Shown piece by piece: positions 53,221 to 64,000 of a DNA stretch of 64,000 nucleotides (positions are counted from its first letter, which is position 1; every line of letters starts with the position of its first letter). The stretch comes from an uncultured Candidatus Rokubacteria bacterium. GTDB taxonomy: Bacteria; Methylomirabilota; Methylomirabilia; Rokubacteriales; DASRDR01. Location: assembly GCA_963805625.1 (NCBI GenBank), contig CAWDVE010000010.1:1696001-1760000 (forward strand), written 5' to 3'. Made by a program: the position numbers and the translations under genes. The notes beneath the pieces are model-generated. The model worked only from the letters and a program-made list of their open reading frames with translations. It ran no database searches and was not told the origin of the DNA.

Positions 53221-53739
53221 GACCCCCCGTCTTCTGAACATGTGCGGACTACTGGGCATCGCCGGGCCTTCGGTCCCAGGGCCACCACGAGCCCCGACCC
53301 GTCGACGCGGATAGACGATACTCCGATCAGGACACCCGGGGCGAGGGAAGATCAAGAGGCAGGCAAGGGATCGTGGCAAGGCGTGGCACGGATAGGAAGA
53401 CGAACAGCGCCCACACGATTCGGTGAAGCCACAACGATGACCCGACGCCGAGCGCATGCGGGACCACCAAGGGGCCGTAGAGGTGGACCACGACCCGCGC
53501 GCGGAGGCACCCGGCGTTATCCTGAGCTAGCGGCGGCGGCACGAGCGCCGTGCGCCACATCGCATGCGGCCCCATCTCGCCGTGATAGCTTCGCCACGGA
53601 CGGCCCCGCGCGGGCACCAGCGACGCCAGGGGCTCGGGCAGCTCGGAGGCTCGAGCACTCCCAGGTATCGTGAGAGGTCGCGAGATGACCGGGACAGCGC
53701 AAGCCGCCGTTACACCCCTGCCATCCCGCCGTCATGCGT

Positions 53740-53880
53740 GCAATTTCATGGATCGACCGATCCTGGCGATCCTCAAGCGCGCGATCAAGCACGATCTCGG
53801 GTTCTCCGACACCCAGCTGGGCGCCCTCTCGGGCCTGGCGTTCACGCTCTTCTACACGATGCTCGGCGTCCCCCAGGCCC
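53740..53880 (+). pseudogene. Spinster-type MFS N-terminal fragment
   Basis: NFMDR.ILAIL..IKHDLGFSDTQLGALSGLAFTLFY..LGVP. Confidence 0.75.
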
Positions 53881-53966
53881 ACGCGCTGCCGTGGGCGAGG
53901 CAACAGTACTCGCGAGCGTAACCCGGCGCGCTGTGAATCGAGCCACCAATTACCTCGCCTGCCTCT

Positions 53967-54464
53967 TCACTTCGGTTGTGCCGTTACATACACCAAGGTG
54001 TTACCCTGAAACATCGCGCGATAGAAGTTGCCACCGCAGTAGTAGTACTCCACGCCGCCGACCGGTGTGCTGACGCAACCTGCGGGAAGGGCGGACACCA
54101 CGGTGCCCAGCGGCAAAGCCGTGCCGGCGGCTGCAGACGGCGGAGCGGGAGGCGCCGCGGCAGCCTGCTGCTTGGCCGCGGCGGCCTGCTGCTGGGCCGC
54201 GGCCGTCTGCTGCTGAGCTACCGCAGTCTCCTGCTTGGCCGCGGCGGCCTGCTGCTGTGCCGCGGCCGTCTGCTGCTGGGCCTGGGCCATCTTGGCCGAA
54301 TCCGCAGCCTCGACTGAGGCCCCGACTATGACCGCAGTGCGGCGCCGGACGCCGAGGATCGCATGCGCGTCGGGGACCAACTGCACGGGCAGAAGTGGTG
54401 CATCGGCCATGAGCATCAAGCCGAGGGTCGCGATTACCACGGCGATCTTGAGTATCGTCTTCAT
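53967..54464 (-). CDS. Secreted DUF6515-like protein with Gln/Ala heptad repeats
   Basis: Signal peptide; RRRTA; repeated QQQTAAA-like units; GTVVSALPAGC..GGVEYYYCG. Confidence 0.75.
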   Translation of the reverse strand: MKTILKIAVVIATLGLMLMADAPLLPVQLVPDAHAILGVRRRTAVIVGASVEAADSAKMAQAQQQTAAAQQQAAAAKQETAVAQQQTAAAQQQAAAAKQQAAAAPPAPPSAAAGTALPLGTVVSALPAGCVSTPVGGVEYYYCGGNFYRAMFQGNTLVYVTAQPK

Positions 54465-54483
54465 GAGTTTCCTCCGTTCGGTG

Positions 54484-55290
54484 TCAGCGGCCAAAGCTGG
54501 TTGCACCCATTCGCATGAACTCGATCCGCTTGGCCCCCGGGGGCGGCGCGAAAGCGAACCGGGCATCAGCCACGGCCGGAGCCACGTTCCAGTCGCTCAT
54601 GACCGTGACAACGCTCAGCAGCGCGGGAGTTCCTGTGTCGGTGACGACATACTTGCGCGGCAATGGCCGGCCGCCCTCGGCCACCCAGACCTGAAAGTCG
54701 ACCCCCGGGCGGCTGAAGACCACGTGATCACACTTGACCCCGCCGATGACGGATTTGCCGACCACGGCTGCAAAGGTCACATCCTGCATCAGCAGCCGGA
54801 AAGCGTCGCGGTACACCAGATCACTGACCGGGACGGCGAGGCCGAGCGATTCGCGCGCGAAGCCCAGCACCCCCTCGATCGTCCCGGGTGCAGGCTCCGT
54901 CGCATAGACCTTGTCGGACGGGTTGTACAACGTCAGGGTCTTGCCGTCATAGTAAAAGACCTGGCTGAGCAGATCACCCTTGCGCTCGGCGAGCAGCTTG
55001 TTCGGCCGGCTGATGATCACGTTCGCCGAGACGTCGAAATCGACCCTGTGCCCCGAGTCGAGCACGTCCTCGAGCGTGTTCTGCGTATGCACGCTGAACT
55101 GCTTCAGACTTGCCAGGTAGTCGGTCATCCGCTGCAGGATCTTCGTCGCGGCCGGATCCACCGCCGGTGTCTGTGCCCGGACCTCTGTGGCGACGGTCGC
55201 CGCGAGCGCGAGAGCCCCCAACGCGAACGATGCTGTGGCCATTCTGAACTTCAGTGTATTCATCCTGGTCTCCTTCTCCGGTTGGTTCAA
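54484..55290 (-). CDS. DUF2092 periplasmic protein
   Basis: ILQRMTDYL; RPNKL; YYDGKTLTL; CDHVVF..VDFQVWVAEG..PLPRKYVVT. Confidence 0.88.
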   Translation of the reverse strand: MNQPEKETRMNTLKFRMATASFALGALALAATVATEVRAQTPAVDPAATKILQRMTDYLASLKQFSVHTQNTLEDVLDSGHRVDFDVSANVIISRPNKLLAERKGDLLSQVFYYDGKTLTLYNPSDKVYATEPAPGTIEGVLGFARESLGLAVPVSDLVYRDAFRLLMQDVTFAAVVGKSVIGGVKCDHVVFSRPGVDFQVWVAEGGRPLPRKYVVTDTGTPALLSVVTVMSDWNVAPAVADARFAFAPPPGAKRIEFMRMGATSFGR

Positions 55291-55420
55291 CCGCGCCGGC
55301 GGCGCGGCGCCTGCCCAGCGGTAGGCACGCCCGTGCGCAGCGCGAGGACCGTAACCGCGCGCCGCTCTTCACTCATCGACACTCGCCGAGTGATCATGCA
55401 CACACCCTAGGCTACCTAAG

Positions 55421-55978
55421 CTAGCGGATACCCACACCGCGGCCGCCGACGCCGACGCCGTGGAAACCGGCTCCAACGCCGCCGCCGGCCCCGATCCAAT
55501 CGATGAACAGCGTGGTCGCGCCGCCATTGGTGGGCATCGTGCCGTTGATAATGCTGTAGCTGTAGACAAGGTCCGGACCATCGACAACGGGCTTGGTGAT
55601 CTTGACCACGACCAGCGTATTGTCAGGTTGTCCCGGCTCATAGACGGATAGCGTGGCGTTCGGTGGGTCCACGCCAAAATTGTCCTTGCCAGCCTTTGCC
55701 GTCCACTCCTTGAGATAGTCGGCCATCTTGATATGCCCGGCGATGCGCTGCGGCCGATCAGAGAAGTACAACGTCTGCTGGTTTACCTTCACCAGCCGGA
55801 TGGTGCTCGCGCCAGGGTCTACCGTGAGATCCTCCGCACTCTGCACGAACATGAGTTGGGGTACGTCGGAAGAGGCAGTCTTGCTTGTCGCACACGCCGC
55901 CAGCGACAGCATTACTGCCGCCAGGAGAAACGCCGATGGGCAGTGCTTCATACGTTTACTGAGGTCTCCGCTGTTCAT
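55421..55978 (-). CDS. Lipoprotein, FSDRP-motif family (paralog of 48174-48734)
   Basis: RBS GAGGAGG; lipobox LAAC; core nearly identical to the paralog. Confidence 0.8.
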   Translation of the reverse strand: MNSGDLSKRMKHCPSAFLLAAVMLSLAACATSKTASSDVPQLMFVQSAEDLTVDPGASTIRLVKVNQQTLYFSDRPQRIAGHIKMADYLKEWTAKAGKDNFGVDPPNATLSVYEPGQPDNTLVVVKITKPVVDGPDLVYSYSIINGTMPTNGGATTLFIDWIGAGGGVGAGFHGVGVGGRGVGIR

Positions 55979-56220
55979 GGTTTGCCTCCTCATCCCTTGT
56001 CCCGCCGATGTCTGAGCGGCTGCGGCCGGCGGCAATCCTCGACACGATTGCTGCTCCGTATTCGTCTGCGCGCGTCCATTACTCAGTCAATCGCCTTGCC
56101 ACCGCGCACGGCCACACCTCGGCTATGGCTTGTAGCTGCATGCCGTCTCGAAGCACGCGTCATACGTGTTCTCCAGATCGTCCTGAACGATTCGCGCATG
56201 GCCGTCCACGGCTCGAATGA

Positions 56221-56580
56221 TCAGATCCCGATCCAGAACCTTGACCCGATACTTCCTACCTTCGCCCAAAGGGCCGCGGGGCACGTATCGCGGGGATTCG
56301 CCTTGTTGTTCAGGTCGGTGGTGTTGTAGAAGGCGGCCTGAAGATCCTTCGTCACGGCGTCGCCGCCGATGAGGAACACATCCGGCGCGTTCACGTTGGT
56401 CTGCTGGCGGCGGGCCATGTCGAACGTCACCAGCGGGTAGCCGTAGATGTAGGCCTCGGTAGCGATGCGGAGCGCCTCCACCGCGCCCAGCGACGGGGCC
56501 TCGTCCGCGCCGGCGACGAGCGGAGCTGTCGCCAGGGCCGCCAGGCACAGGGCGGTAGCTGTGCGTGCGATCGAGTTCAT
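56221..56580 (-). pseudogene. DUF1254 N-terminal fragment fused to an unrelated sequence
   Basis: Signal peptide; IATEAYIYGYPLVTFDMARRQQTNV, then breaks off. Confidence 0.7.
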
Positions 56581-56701
56581 CCGTGCCCTCCGCTATTGCG
56601 AGCCGCCTTCGAATCGGACAGGTGCGCACGGCTCGGCCCCAAACGGGGCACGATGCCGACATCCTCGGCGCTCTGGCACCGTTCGTCCGCGTACACCCTG
56701 A

Positions 56702-57667
56702 TCAGAAGTGGAGGTCGAGGCCGAGGAACGGCCCCGACATTTCGATATCCGCATTGAGGGTGTGCCGTCCGCTACCCGTCTCGAGGTCGATGTTCATGTA
56801 CCGCCAGCCGGCCACGACGGACGCGCGGGGCCAGAAGCGCCATTCCAGCCCCCCGAGGAGGTTGTACGTGAGCTGCGTCTGGTTGTCCGAGATCCCGAAG
56901 CCCGCCACGTCCCCGCGGAACCAGAGCGCCACCGTGTCCGTGATGTGATAGGTGATGCGGCCGCCGAACATCGGGTCGATCACGCTGGCGCTCTCGGAGA
57001 CCTTCTGGTTCGGAAAGCCGAGCGACGCGTCCATCCAGATGAAGCGACCGCCCGCCAGCGGCTCGAACGTCAGGCGGCCCGCCCGGCCCAGCGACACGGG
57101 GCCGAGGCGGTACGTCCCCCCAAACTCGAAGAAGCCCTGCTGGAGGCCTGTGCTCACGGAGACGCCGTTCTGCGTCTCACTCTTCCCCACACTCATGTAG
57201 AGGAGATCGAGGAACCCGGTCCACTCCCGCCACGTGGCCTCGCCGTGAGCGGCGAAGACGAAATGGAACTGCGGGACGATATCCGCGAAGTCGATCGTGG
57301 TCGACCGGCTGAACTGGCCCACGTCGAGGGTCATCTTCGTACGCGGCGCCCAGAAATAGGGAGCCAGACGGAACTGCCACCCCTCGGCCGACGCCTCCGT
57401 TCCCATTCCGCCGGCCTGGGCGATCAGCACAGATCCCGGCATGAGCGACGCCACCAGGCGTCGATCGGCCACGGCAGCGCCATCGCTTTCCGCGCTCGAC
57501 TCGGACAGTCCAAATGGGCGGCCGGCCGCCCATCCGTCCTCGGCCCGCGCCGTCCACGGGGCGACCCCGATGATCAGGGTCACCAGCCCGAAGCCGGCCC
57601 ATCTCCGACTCCGTGCGAGGAAATACCCCGCGACTCGATCGAGCACGCCTCGTCGTGTGGCCGTCAC
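56702..57667 (-). CDS. Putative outer-membrane beta-barrel protein
   Basis: WQFRLAPYFW; IDPMFGGR; RGDVAGFG; C-terminal GPFLGLDLHF; GGAGG before GTG. Confidence 0.75.
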   Translation of the reverse strand: MTATRRGVLDRVAGYFLARSRRWAGFGLVTLIIGVAPWTARAEDGWAAGRPFGLSESSAESDGAAVADRRLVASLMPGSVLIAQAGGMGTEASAEGWQFRLAPYFWAPRTKMTLDVGQFSRSTTIDFADIVPQFHFVFAAHGEATWREWTGFLDLLYMSVGKSETQNGVSVSTGLQQGFFEFGGTYRLGPVSLGRAGRLTFEPLAGGRFIWMDASLGFPNQKVSESASVIDPMFGGRITYHITDTVALWFRGDVAGFGISDNQTQLTYNLLGGLEWRFWPRASVVAGWRYMNIDLETGSGRHTLNADIEMSGPFLGLDLHF

Positions 57668-57843
57668 TTGGACACCTCCCGGGTGCTGAGGGTTGACGAG
57701 GCTCCTCGCTCGCCGCGTTGCTCGCTGGGCCTGCCCGAGACGTTCTTCGGCTTCAGCGTCAGCCTCGGTCGGTCCGAGGCGGTCCTCGCAGGGCCCGCCC
57801 CGCGTGGAGGCGAGGCAGGCCCGCGACACTCCTGGGTCACGCG

Positions 57844-60295
57844 CTAGTCGGCCAGCCCCCTTCTTCAGGGCCGCGACCTTGTGGGCCTGCTCCGCCTCGT
57901 CGTGATCGGCGATCTTCACGTCCTTCAGCTCGATCGTCACCTTGGCGATCTTGCCGGTGAACTTGAACGGCACCTTGTAGGCCTCGGTGACCGGCGTGCC
58001 CTCATCCGCGCCGACGTCGGCGCCCTCGTCCGCCGAGAACGCGCAGCACTGGGTGCGGTCGATCCGGCCCGTCGCGACCTTCTGTCCCGTTGACGAAGAG
58101 CGTGCCCATGCCGCCCTTGCCGACGCCGCCGCCGTCATAGGCGAACTCGAAGCGGATGGTCGCCTTCCCGGCAGGCAACGCCTGCTTGGCGGCCACCGTG
58201 TACCGCTGGAGGCCCAGCCAGTTGTAGGTGTACGTCGGCTTGCCGTCCTTCACGTAGAGGCTCCAGCCGCCGAACCGCCCGGCCTGGGCCAGGATCACGC
58301 CGTTGGCCCCGCTCTTCGGGATCTCCACCTCGGCGGTGATCGTGTGCGACCGGTTCTTCACGTTGATGAAGACGTTCTCGGACATCCCGATCATGCCCTG
58401 GTAGACCGTCAGCGACGTGCGGCCGGCCATCAGGTCGGGCCGCCCGACCAGCGCGGCGTTGAGACGCTCCAGCGTCCGGTCATCGAGGGGCAGCACGGAG
58501 TACTTCACCGCTTCCTTCAGGAAGAGGTCCTGCAGCTCCTTGAGCTTCTCGGGGTTCTTCGCGGCCAGGTCGTTCGCCAGGCTGAAGTCCGTCGCGGGTG
58601 TCGTACAGCTCCCACGTGTCGTTCTCGAGCGTCGTCCGGGGCTTGAACTCCCAGGCCGCCCGGTGGACGGTGCCGGCCAGCCAGCCGTCGTGGTAGATGG
58701 CGCGGTTGCCGAAGATCTCGAAGTACTGGGTCGTGTGGCGGCTCGGCGCCTTGGGGTCGGCGAAGGTGTAGGCGAGGCTCACGCCCTCGATGGGGGTCTG
58801 GGGCGTGCCGTTCACGCTCTTCGGCTCGGGCAGGCCGGCCGCCTCCAGGATCGTCGGCGCGATGTCGATGACGTGGTGCCACTGCGATCGCAGCTCGCCC
58901 TTCGCCGTGATGCCGGTGGGCCAGTGGATCACCATCCCGTTGCGCGTGCCGCCGTAGCTCGAGGCGACCTGCTTCGTCCACGCGAAGGGCGTGTCGCCGG
59001 CGACGGCCCACCCGGCGGCGTAGTGCGGGTACGTCGCTGGACCGCCGAGCTCGTCGTAGTGCTTCAGGATGTCCTGGACGGTCTCGTTCACGCCGTTGAA
59101 GTACGTCATCTCGTTGTAGAGCCCGTTCATGCCGCCTTCGGCGCTCGCGCCGTTGTCGCCGACGATGTAGAAGATCGAGCGTGTTGTCGAGCTGGCCGGT
59201 CGCCTCGATGGCCTGGATCAGCCGGCCGATCTCCGTGTCGGCGTACTCGCCGAACCCGGCGAACACCTCCATCTGGCGGGCGAAGAGCTTCTTCTCATCG
59301 GGGGTCAGCGCGGCCCAGTCCTTGATGGCCGCCGGCTTCGGGGCGAGCTTCGTCTCCGGCGGCACCACGCCCAGCCGCTTCTGCCGCGCCAGCGTCTCCT
59401 CGCGCAGCGCGTCCCAGCCCTGGTCGAACTGGCCCTTGTACTTGGCGATCCACGCCTTCGGCACGTGGTGCGGCGCGTGGGTGGCGCCGGGCGCGAAGTA
59501 CATGAAGAACGGCTTGTCCGGCGTAAGGGATTTCTGGTACCCCATCCAGGCGATGGCCTGGTTGGTCATGTCGGTCATGAAATGGTAGTTCGGGTCGTTC
59601 GACGGCTCGACCTGGGTCATGCCGTCATAGAGCAGCGGCGCCCACTGGTTGGTCTCGCCGCCGATGAAGCCGTAGAACTTGTCGAAGCCCGAGCGGGTCG
59701 GCCAGCGGTCGGTCGGGCCGGACGGGCTGACCTCCCAGGCCGCGGTCTCGTGCGACTTGCCGAAGGCGGCGGTGCTGTAGCCGTTCAGCCGCAGCATCTC
59801 CGCCAGCGGCGCCACGCTGTTGGGGCGCTGACCGGTCTGGCCGGGGAAGGTGGTGGCGGTCTCGGCGATCGAGCCGAGGTTGTTCATGTGATGGTTGCGG
59901 CCGCTGAGCAAGGCCGAGCGGGTCGGCGAGCAGAGCGCCGTGGTGTGGAACTCGTTGTAGCGCAGCCCGCTCCGGGCCAGGCGCTCCACCGTCGGCATGT
60001 GGATGGGCCCGCCGAAGGCGCTCGACTGCCCGAACCCCATGTCGTCGATCAGCACGATGAGCACGTTGGGCGCCTTCGCGGGCGCCTTGACCTCGAACCG
60101 CGACGGCGGCGTGGCATTCCGCACGTCGAACACCGTGCTGTGCGGGTACTGGGGTTCCGGGATCGGCAGCACCGTGCGGTCGGTGGGCAGGACCACCTGC
60201 GCGGGGGCGGCCCCCTGGGCGGCCACGGGCGCCGCCGTTGGCGGGGCCAGCATCAGGAATAGGCTGACAGCACAGGTGGCCGACATCCATCTCAT
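57844..60295 (-). pseudogene. Second Cys-type arylsulfatase with four +1 frameshifts (pseudogene or sequencing error)
   Basis: PNVLIVLIDD, LCSPTR, GATHAPH; frame breaks near 59177, 58594, 58085 and 57858; each is repaired by removing one base. Confidence 0.88.
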
Positions 60296-60472
60296 AGGTT
60301 CGCCCCTTTCTTACCGCGTGACTCATTCCCCGACGCCGGACCGGTCACCGTGTCGACACCTTTACGAGTCTGGACAGCCTGGACAGCACCTCGCAGTCCC
60401 GCTTTGCGCAGCCTGCGCTCACCGTCAACACCCGGGGTCGAGGAACGAGAGACCCACCCGTCCATGCCGCCG

Positions 60473-61162
60473 CTATCGGAACCGATAGCCGACGCCGAAC
60501 AGCACGGCATTTGTGTCGAGATCCACGTCGACGGTGGTCTTCTGGCCGTTCCTCCGCCCCTCGGGCGAGTCGTTCACGTGCGTGAACCGGTACTCCACGA
60601 ACAGGGCCCAGTTCGGCAGGAACTCGTAGGCCACTCCCGCTCGGAGGTCGACGCCCACTGCGAAGCCCTCGTCCGAGATATCGCCTGCGCCCGACCGTAA
60701 CTGCACCGTCGCCTTCTGGTGGAAGATGCCCGGCCCGATGCCGAGGTAGGGCTGCAGCCGGCCGTTCGGATGCTCCGGGCTGTCGAGCAACGGCCAGCGG
60801 AACATGGCCAGCGGGGTGACCGGCAGCGTCTGGATCTTCAGCTTCGCGACATTGCCGGTCCCGCCCGACGGGCTGTATTCCGGCTCGAAGTACGAGATGT
60901 CCAGGGCCACGCCGAGCCAGCGCACGCCCTGTCGGTCGAACCAGTAGCCGCCACGACCGCCCACGGTTGGGACGGTGTCCGAGTGGCCCCGCACCGTTTC
61001 CCGCGTCCCCCCCTCACTCGTGACCGTCAGGTCGGGGTCCATGGGGAACGCTGCCCCCCCATAGAGATCGAAGAACCACTCGGCGGAGGCGGAGCCGCCC
61101 CCGAGGACGAATACGAGAAATCCCACTCCAACAGCTACCCACGTGGTGCGCGCTCGTCTCAC
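60473..61162 (-). CDS. Outer-membrane beta-barrel (OmpW/OmpA-like) protein
   Basis: Signal peptide; LQPYLGIGPG; ALFVEYRFTH; C-terminal FGVGYRFR. Confidence 0.82.
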   Translation of the reverse strand: MRRARTTWVAVGVGFLVFVLGGGSASAEWFFDLYGGAAFPMDPDLTVTSEGGTRETVRGHSDTVPTVGGRGGYWFDRQGVRWLGVALDISYFEPEYSPSGGTGNVAKLKIQTLPVTPLAMFRWPLLDSPEHPNGRLQPYLGIGPGIFHQKATVQLRSGAGDISDEGFAVGVDLRAGVAYEFLPNWALFVEYRFTHVNDSPEGRRNGQKTTVDVDLDTNAVLFGVGYRFR

Positions 61163-61342
61163 CAGAGGTCCTCCTCAGTTGGTTGTTTACGACTCACCCC
61201 AGCGCTCCGCGGCGAGCCCCGATCGCTCGCCCGTACGGCCGCTACGGGCCCGAAGCAGCTCGCCTCGCGCGTCCCGTGCTCGACCGTCCCGTATCGATGT
61301 CATATCTCGCACTCAATTTGTCGCACTCCGGAGGAGGGACAT

Positions 61343-61364
61343 CTACTGGACTTTGGTCCAGTAG
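61343..61364. promoter_or_regulatory. Palindrome CTACTGGAC-TTTG-GTCCAGTAG
   Basis: Perfect 9-bp inverted repeat in the divergent intergenic region. Confidence 0.55.
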
Positions 61365-61388
61365 CGGGCGCTTCGCGCATCTCTGATC

Positions 61389-61790
61389 ATGGTGTCCTGG
61401 GATGGTAGCCGAGTGAACGCACACACGGTCGCGCTCGTCGACGATGACGCGGCGGTCCGGAAGGCCCTCGCCCGCCTCCTCCGCGGCGCGGGTTTCACGG
61501 TGACGCCCTTCGCGTCTGCCGAGGAGTTCCTTGCGCACCCGGTCGGCTCCACGCCGGACTGTCTCGTCCTGGATGTCAACCTGACGGGGATGAGCGGCGT
61601 GGAACTCGGCCAGGCCGTGCACGAGACCGGCAGGACGATCCCGATCGTGTTCATCACGGCGGGCGACGACGCCCGCAGTCGCGAGGCATTGAGGAGCGCC
61701 GGAGTCGCCACCTGGCTGCGCAAGCCACTCGGTCGGTCCACGTTGATCGAGGCGGTCAGGCGCGCGATCGAATCAAAGGCGAGCGACTAG
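61389..61790 (+). CDS. Single-domain response regulator
   Basis: VDDD; CLVLDV; IVFITA; LRKP. Confidence 0.9.
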   Translation: MVSWDGSRVNAHTVALVDDDAAVRKALARLLRGAGFTVTPFASAEEFLAHPVGSTPDCLVLDVNLTGMSGVELGQAVHETGRTIPIVFITAGDDARSREALRSAGVATWLRKPLGRSTLIEAVRRAIESKASD

Positions 61791-61905
61791 CAGCTCGGCA
61801 AGCTCGAGAGGTCTGGGGTATGCACGACCTGGCAACTCTGGAGCGCTCGCCGCCCCGGTGTCCGATCCGCGGAGGGCTGCCCGGTGTGCGAGAGCTCCGT
61901 GAAGG

Positions 61906-62502
61906 TCAGCCGAGACGGGCGCGGTCAACGAGGCGGACGAGCTCGGCGACCGAGCCGACGCCGAGCTTCTCCATGACGTGGGCGCGGTGCCACTTGGTGG
62001 TCTTCTCGCCGGTGCCCAGCTCGGCGGCGATCTGCTTGTTCAGCATGCCCGTCGCCACGAGGTCACAGACCTGACGCTCCCGCGGCGTCAGGCGTGCCAT
62101 GCGCGCCCGGGCCACGTCTCGTTCGGCTTGCTCGGCCCGTGCCGCCGCGGCGCGGGTCAGGGCCTGCTCGATAGCCCGGAGGAGGTCGCGGTTCTGTACC
62201 GGCTTGGTGAGAAAGTCGATCGCGCCGGCCTTCATGGCCTTCACGCTCGCCGGGATGTCCCCGTGGCCGCTGATGAAGACGACCGGGATGGTGTGACCCG
62301 CGCGCTCCAGGGCCTCCTGCAGCTCGAGACCGGTCATCTCCGGCATTCGCAGGTCGAGGACCAGACAGCCGGGCCCGTCGTACCGCTCGCGGGCGAGGAA
62401 CTCGCGCGCCGAGGCGAACGCCTCGACCGTGTGGCCAGCCGACCGGAGTAGCCGGACGAGCGCCTTGCGGACGCCCGCGTCGTCGTCAACCAGGAAGATC
62501 AG
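61906..62502 (-). CDS. FixJ/NodW-type response regulator (REC plus LuxR HTH), no canonical start found
   Basis: LIFLVDDDAGVRKAL..CLVLDLRMP..AMKAGAIDFLTKP..LTPRERQV..NKQIAAELG. Confidence 0.88.
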   Translation of the reverse strand: MIFLVDDDAGVRKALVRLLRSAGHTVEAFASAREFLARERYDGPGCLVLDLRMPEMTGLELQEALERAGHTIPVVFISGHGDIPASVKAMKAGAIDFLTKPVQNRDLLRAIEQALTRAAAARAEQAERDVARARMARLTPRERQVCDLVATGMLNKQIAAELGTGEKTTKWHRAHVMEKLGVGSVAELVRLVDRARLG

Positions 62503-64000
62503 CGGTCGGTCCCGGTGGCTCGGCTACGGCCAAACCGGCCGGCAGGCGGACCCGGAAGATCGCGCCCCCGGCGGCGGCGTTCTCGACGGCGATCCGGCCG
62601 CCGTACGCCTCGACGATCGACCGGCTGATGGAGAGCCCGACCCCGAGCCCCTCACCCTTGGTGGTGAAGAATGGCTCGAAGACCTGGCGGAGGTCGCTCT
62701 CGGCGATCCCCTTGCCCGAGTCCTGCACGGCCACCTCGAGGCCGCCGTCCACGTTCCTTGTGCGCACGACCAGCCGCCGCCGAGGCGGGGGTTCGTCGGC
62801 GATCGCGTGGAGCCCGTTGACGAGCAGGTTCAGCAGGACCTGCTGAAGCTGGACGGCATCGCCCCTGACCGTCGGCTCCGTGGGCGTCAGATCGAGCTCG
62901 ATCAAGGCCCCCCGGAGCAGGGCGTCGTTGGCGACCAGACGAGTGACCTCGCGGACGATCCCATTCAGGTCGACGACCTCCGAACGGAGCTCTCCCTTCT
63001 TGAGCAGCCCTCGCATCCGCCGGATCACCTCGCCCGCCCGGATGTCCTCGGCGATGATGTCGTCCACGGTCTCTCGGACCTCCGCGAGATCCGGGGACGG
63101 GGTCGCGAGCCACTGTTGCGCCGCCTCCGCGTTCGCCAGGATCGCGGTGAGCGGCTGGTTCAGCTCGTGGGCGAGCGCGGAGGCCAGCTCCCCCACGGCG
63201 GCGACGCGCTCCAGATGCGCCAGGGCGCCGAGAGTCCGTCGTGCTTCGGCTTCGGCGTGCTTCCGCTCGGTGATGTCCCGGTGCACGATGACGGCCTCCC
63301 CGCCGGCGTGTTCCAGCCGGCGGACCTGCATCTCGAACCAGCGGTCCTCTTCCGGCCCTCCGCCGAAGTACTCCAGCGTCTCCCCCTCGGTCCCGCCCTT
63401 CAAAACCGACTCGATCATGGCGAGCGCTCGGCCAGCGATCGGATCGGACGCCTGGGCGGCCCGGCGGCACACTTCCAGGTAGTTGGCGCCAACCGACAGC
63501 CGCGGGTTCCCCTCGCCGCCGTGCTGACGCGCGAAGGCCGACCACTCCTCGTTGACGTGGAGAATGACCCCGTCGCCGTCGATGACCGCCAGCTCGCTCG
63601 GGAGCGCGGCCAGCACCGCCCGGTTGAGGGCCTCGCTGCGATGCAGCGCGGCCTCCGCCTGCGTCCGGACCAGCGCGCCCGCGAACACTTCTCCGACCGT
63701 CCGGAGGCGCTGGACGACCTCGTCCGGCCACGCGCGCTCGCGTCCATAGGTCATGCAAGCGATCACGCCGGCCGCCGTGCCGTCGACGTCGAGGGGGACC
63801 GCGACCAGCGACCGGACCCCGCTCCTCGTGAAGCTCTGTCGGTCCACACTCGCCTCCGCCCGCAGCTCGTCCAGGCTCCGGAAGCGGAGCGTCTCGCCCC
63901 GCATCACGCTCGCTCGCAGGAACGGAAGGTCGTCGAGGGAGACCGAGGCGAGCGGGGTAACGTGGTCGTCGTCCCTCCAAGAGAGGGCGACAGGGGCGGC
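62486..64000 (-). CDS. GAF-PAS sensor histidine kinase, N-terminus outside window
   Basis: GAF domain; PAS domain ending HRDITERK; AHELNQPL; QQVLLNLLVN; PFFTTK.EGLGVGL. Confidence 0.92.
   Translation of the reverse strand, partial: AAPVALSWRDDDHVTPLASVSLDDLPFLRASVMRGETLRFRSLDELRAEASVDRQSFTRSGVRSLVAVPLDVDGTAAGVIACMTYGRERAWPDEVVQRLRTVGEVFAGALVRTQAEAALHRSEALNRAVLAALPSELAVIDGDGVILHVNEEWSAFARQHGGEGNPRLSVGANYLEVCRRAAQASDPIAGRALAMIESVLKGGTEGETLEYFGGGPEEDRWFEMQVRRLEHAGGEAVIVHRDITERKHAEAEARRTLGALAHLERVAAVGELASALAHELNQPLTAILANAEAAQQWLATPSPDLAEVRETVDDIIAEDIRAGEVIRRMRGLLKKGELRSEVVDLNGIVREVTRLVANDALLRGALIELDLTPTEPTVRGDAVQLQQVLLNLLVNGLHAIADEPPPRRRLVVRTRNVDGGLEVAVQDSGKGIAESDLRQVFEPFFTTKGEGLGVGLSISRSIVEAYGGRIAVENAAAGGAIFRVRLPAGLAVAEPPGPTADLPG

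Noticed and set aside
54160-54290. 21-nt periodic repeats resembling a CRISPR or VNTR array
   Set aside because: In-frame coding for Gln/Ala heptads; no unique spacers and no cas genes
57844-59180. Programmed frameshifting in the second sulfatase
   Set aside because: Four scattered single-base insertions with no common slippery motif; sequencing error or recent decay is more likely

Overview
High-GC bacterial window with many decayed gene fragments. Orphan ABC_sub_bind proteins, adenylate cyclase-TPR genes and one IS type suggest Rokubacteria/Methylomirabilota (inference only). The most notable content is a minus-strand operon at 6133-10774 encoding a glycine/sarcosine/betaine-reductase-like system (grdC-grdA-grdB-grdE) with two selenoprotein genes. 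GrdA (8808-9290, CFV-U-TAAG) is missing from the ORF track, and GrdB (7424-8770, U-GSCHRC) is cut at its UGA. Each UGA is followed by a SECIS-like hairpin. The GrdE-like subunit lacks the canonical pyruvoyl-cleavage motif, and grdD and trxAB are not in the window, suggesting an uncharacterised reductase. A 3' half of tRNA-Gly(CCC) starting exactly at the anticodon loop (15242-15285) next to an IS end marks a probable island boundary. To its right lie stress genes, a DAO/Dpp-ABC/MmgE-PrpD catabolic operon, signalling genes, a GH39+GH144 pair flanked by a 20-bp direct repeat, SOD, and a sulfatase-associated envelope cluster with GAF-based regulators. All family calls are by motif recognition; no database searches were run.
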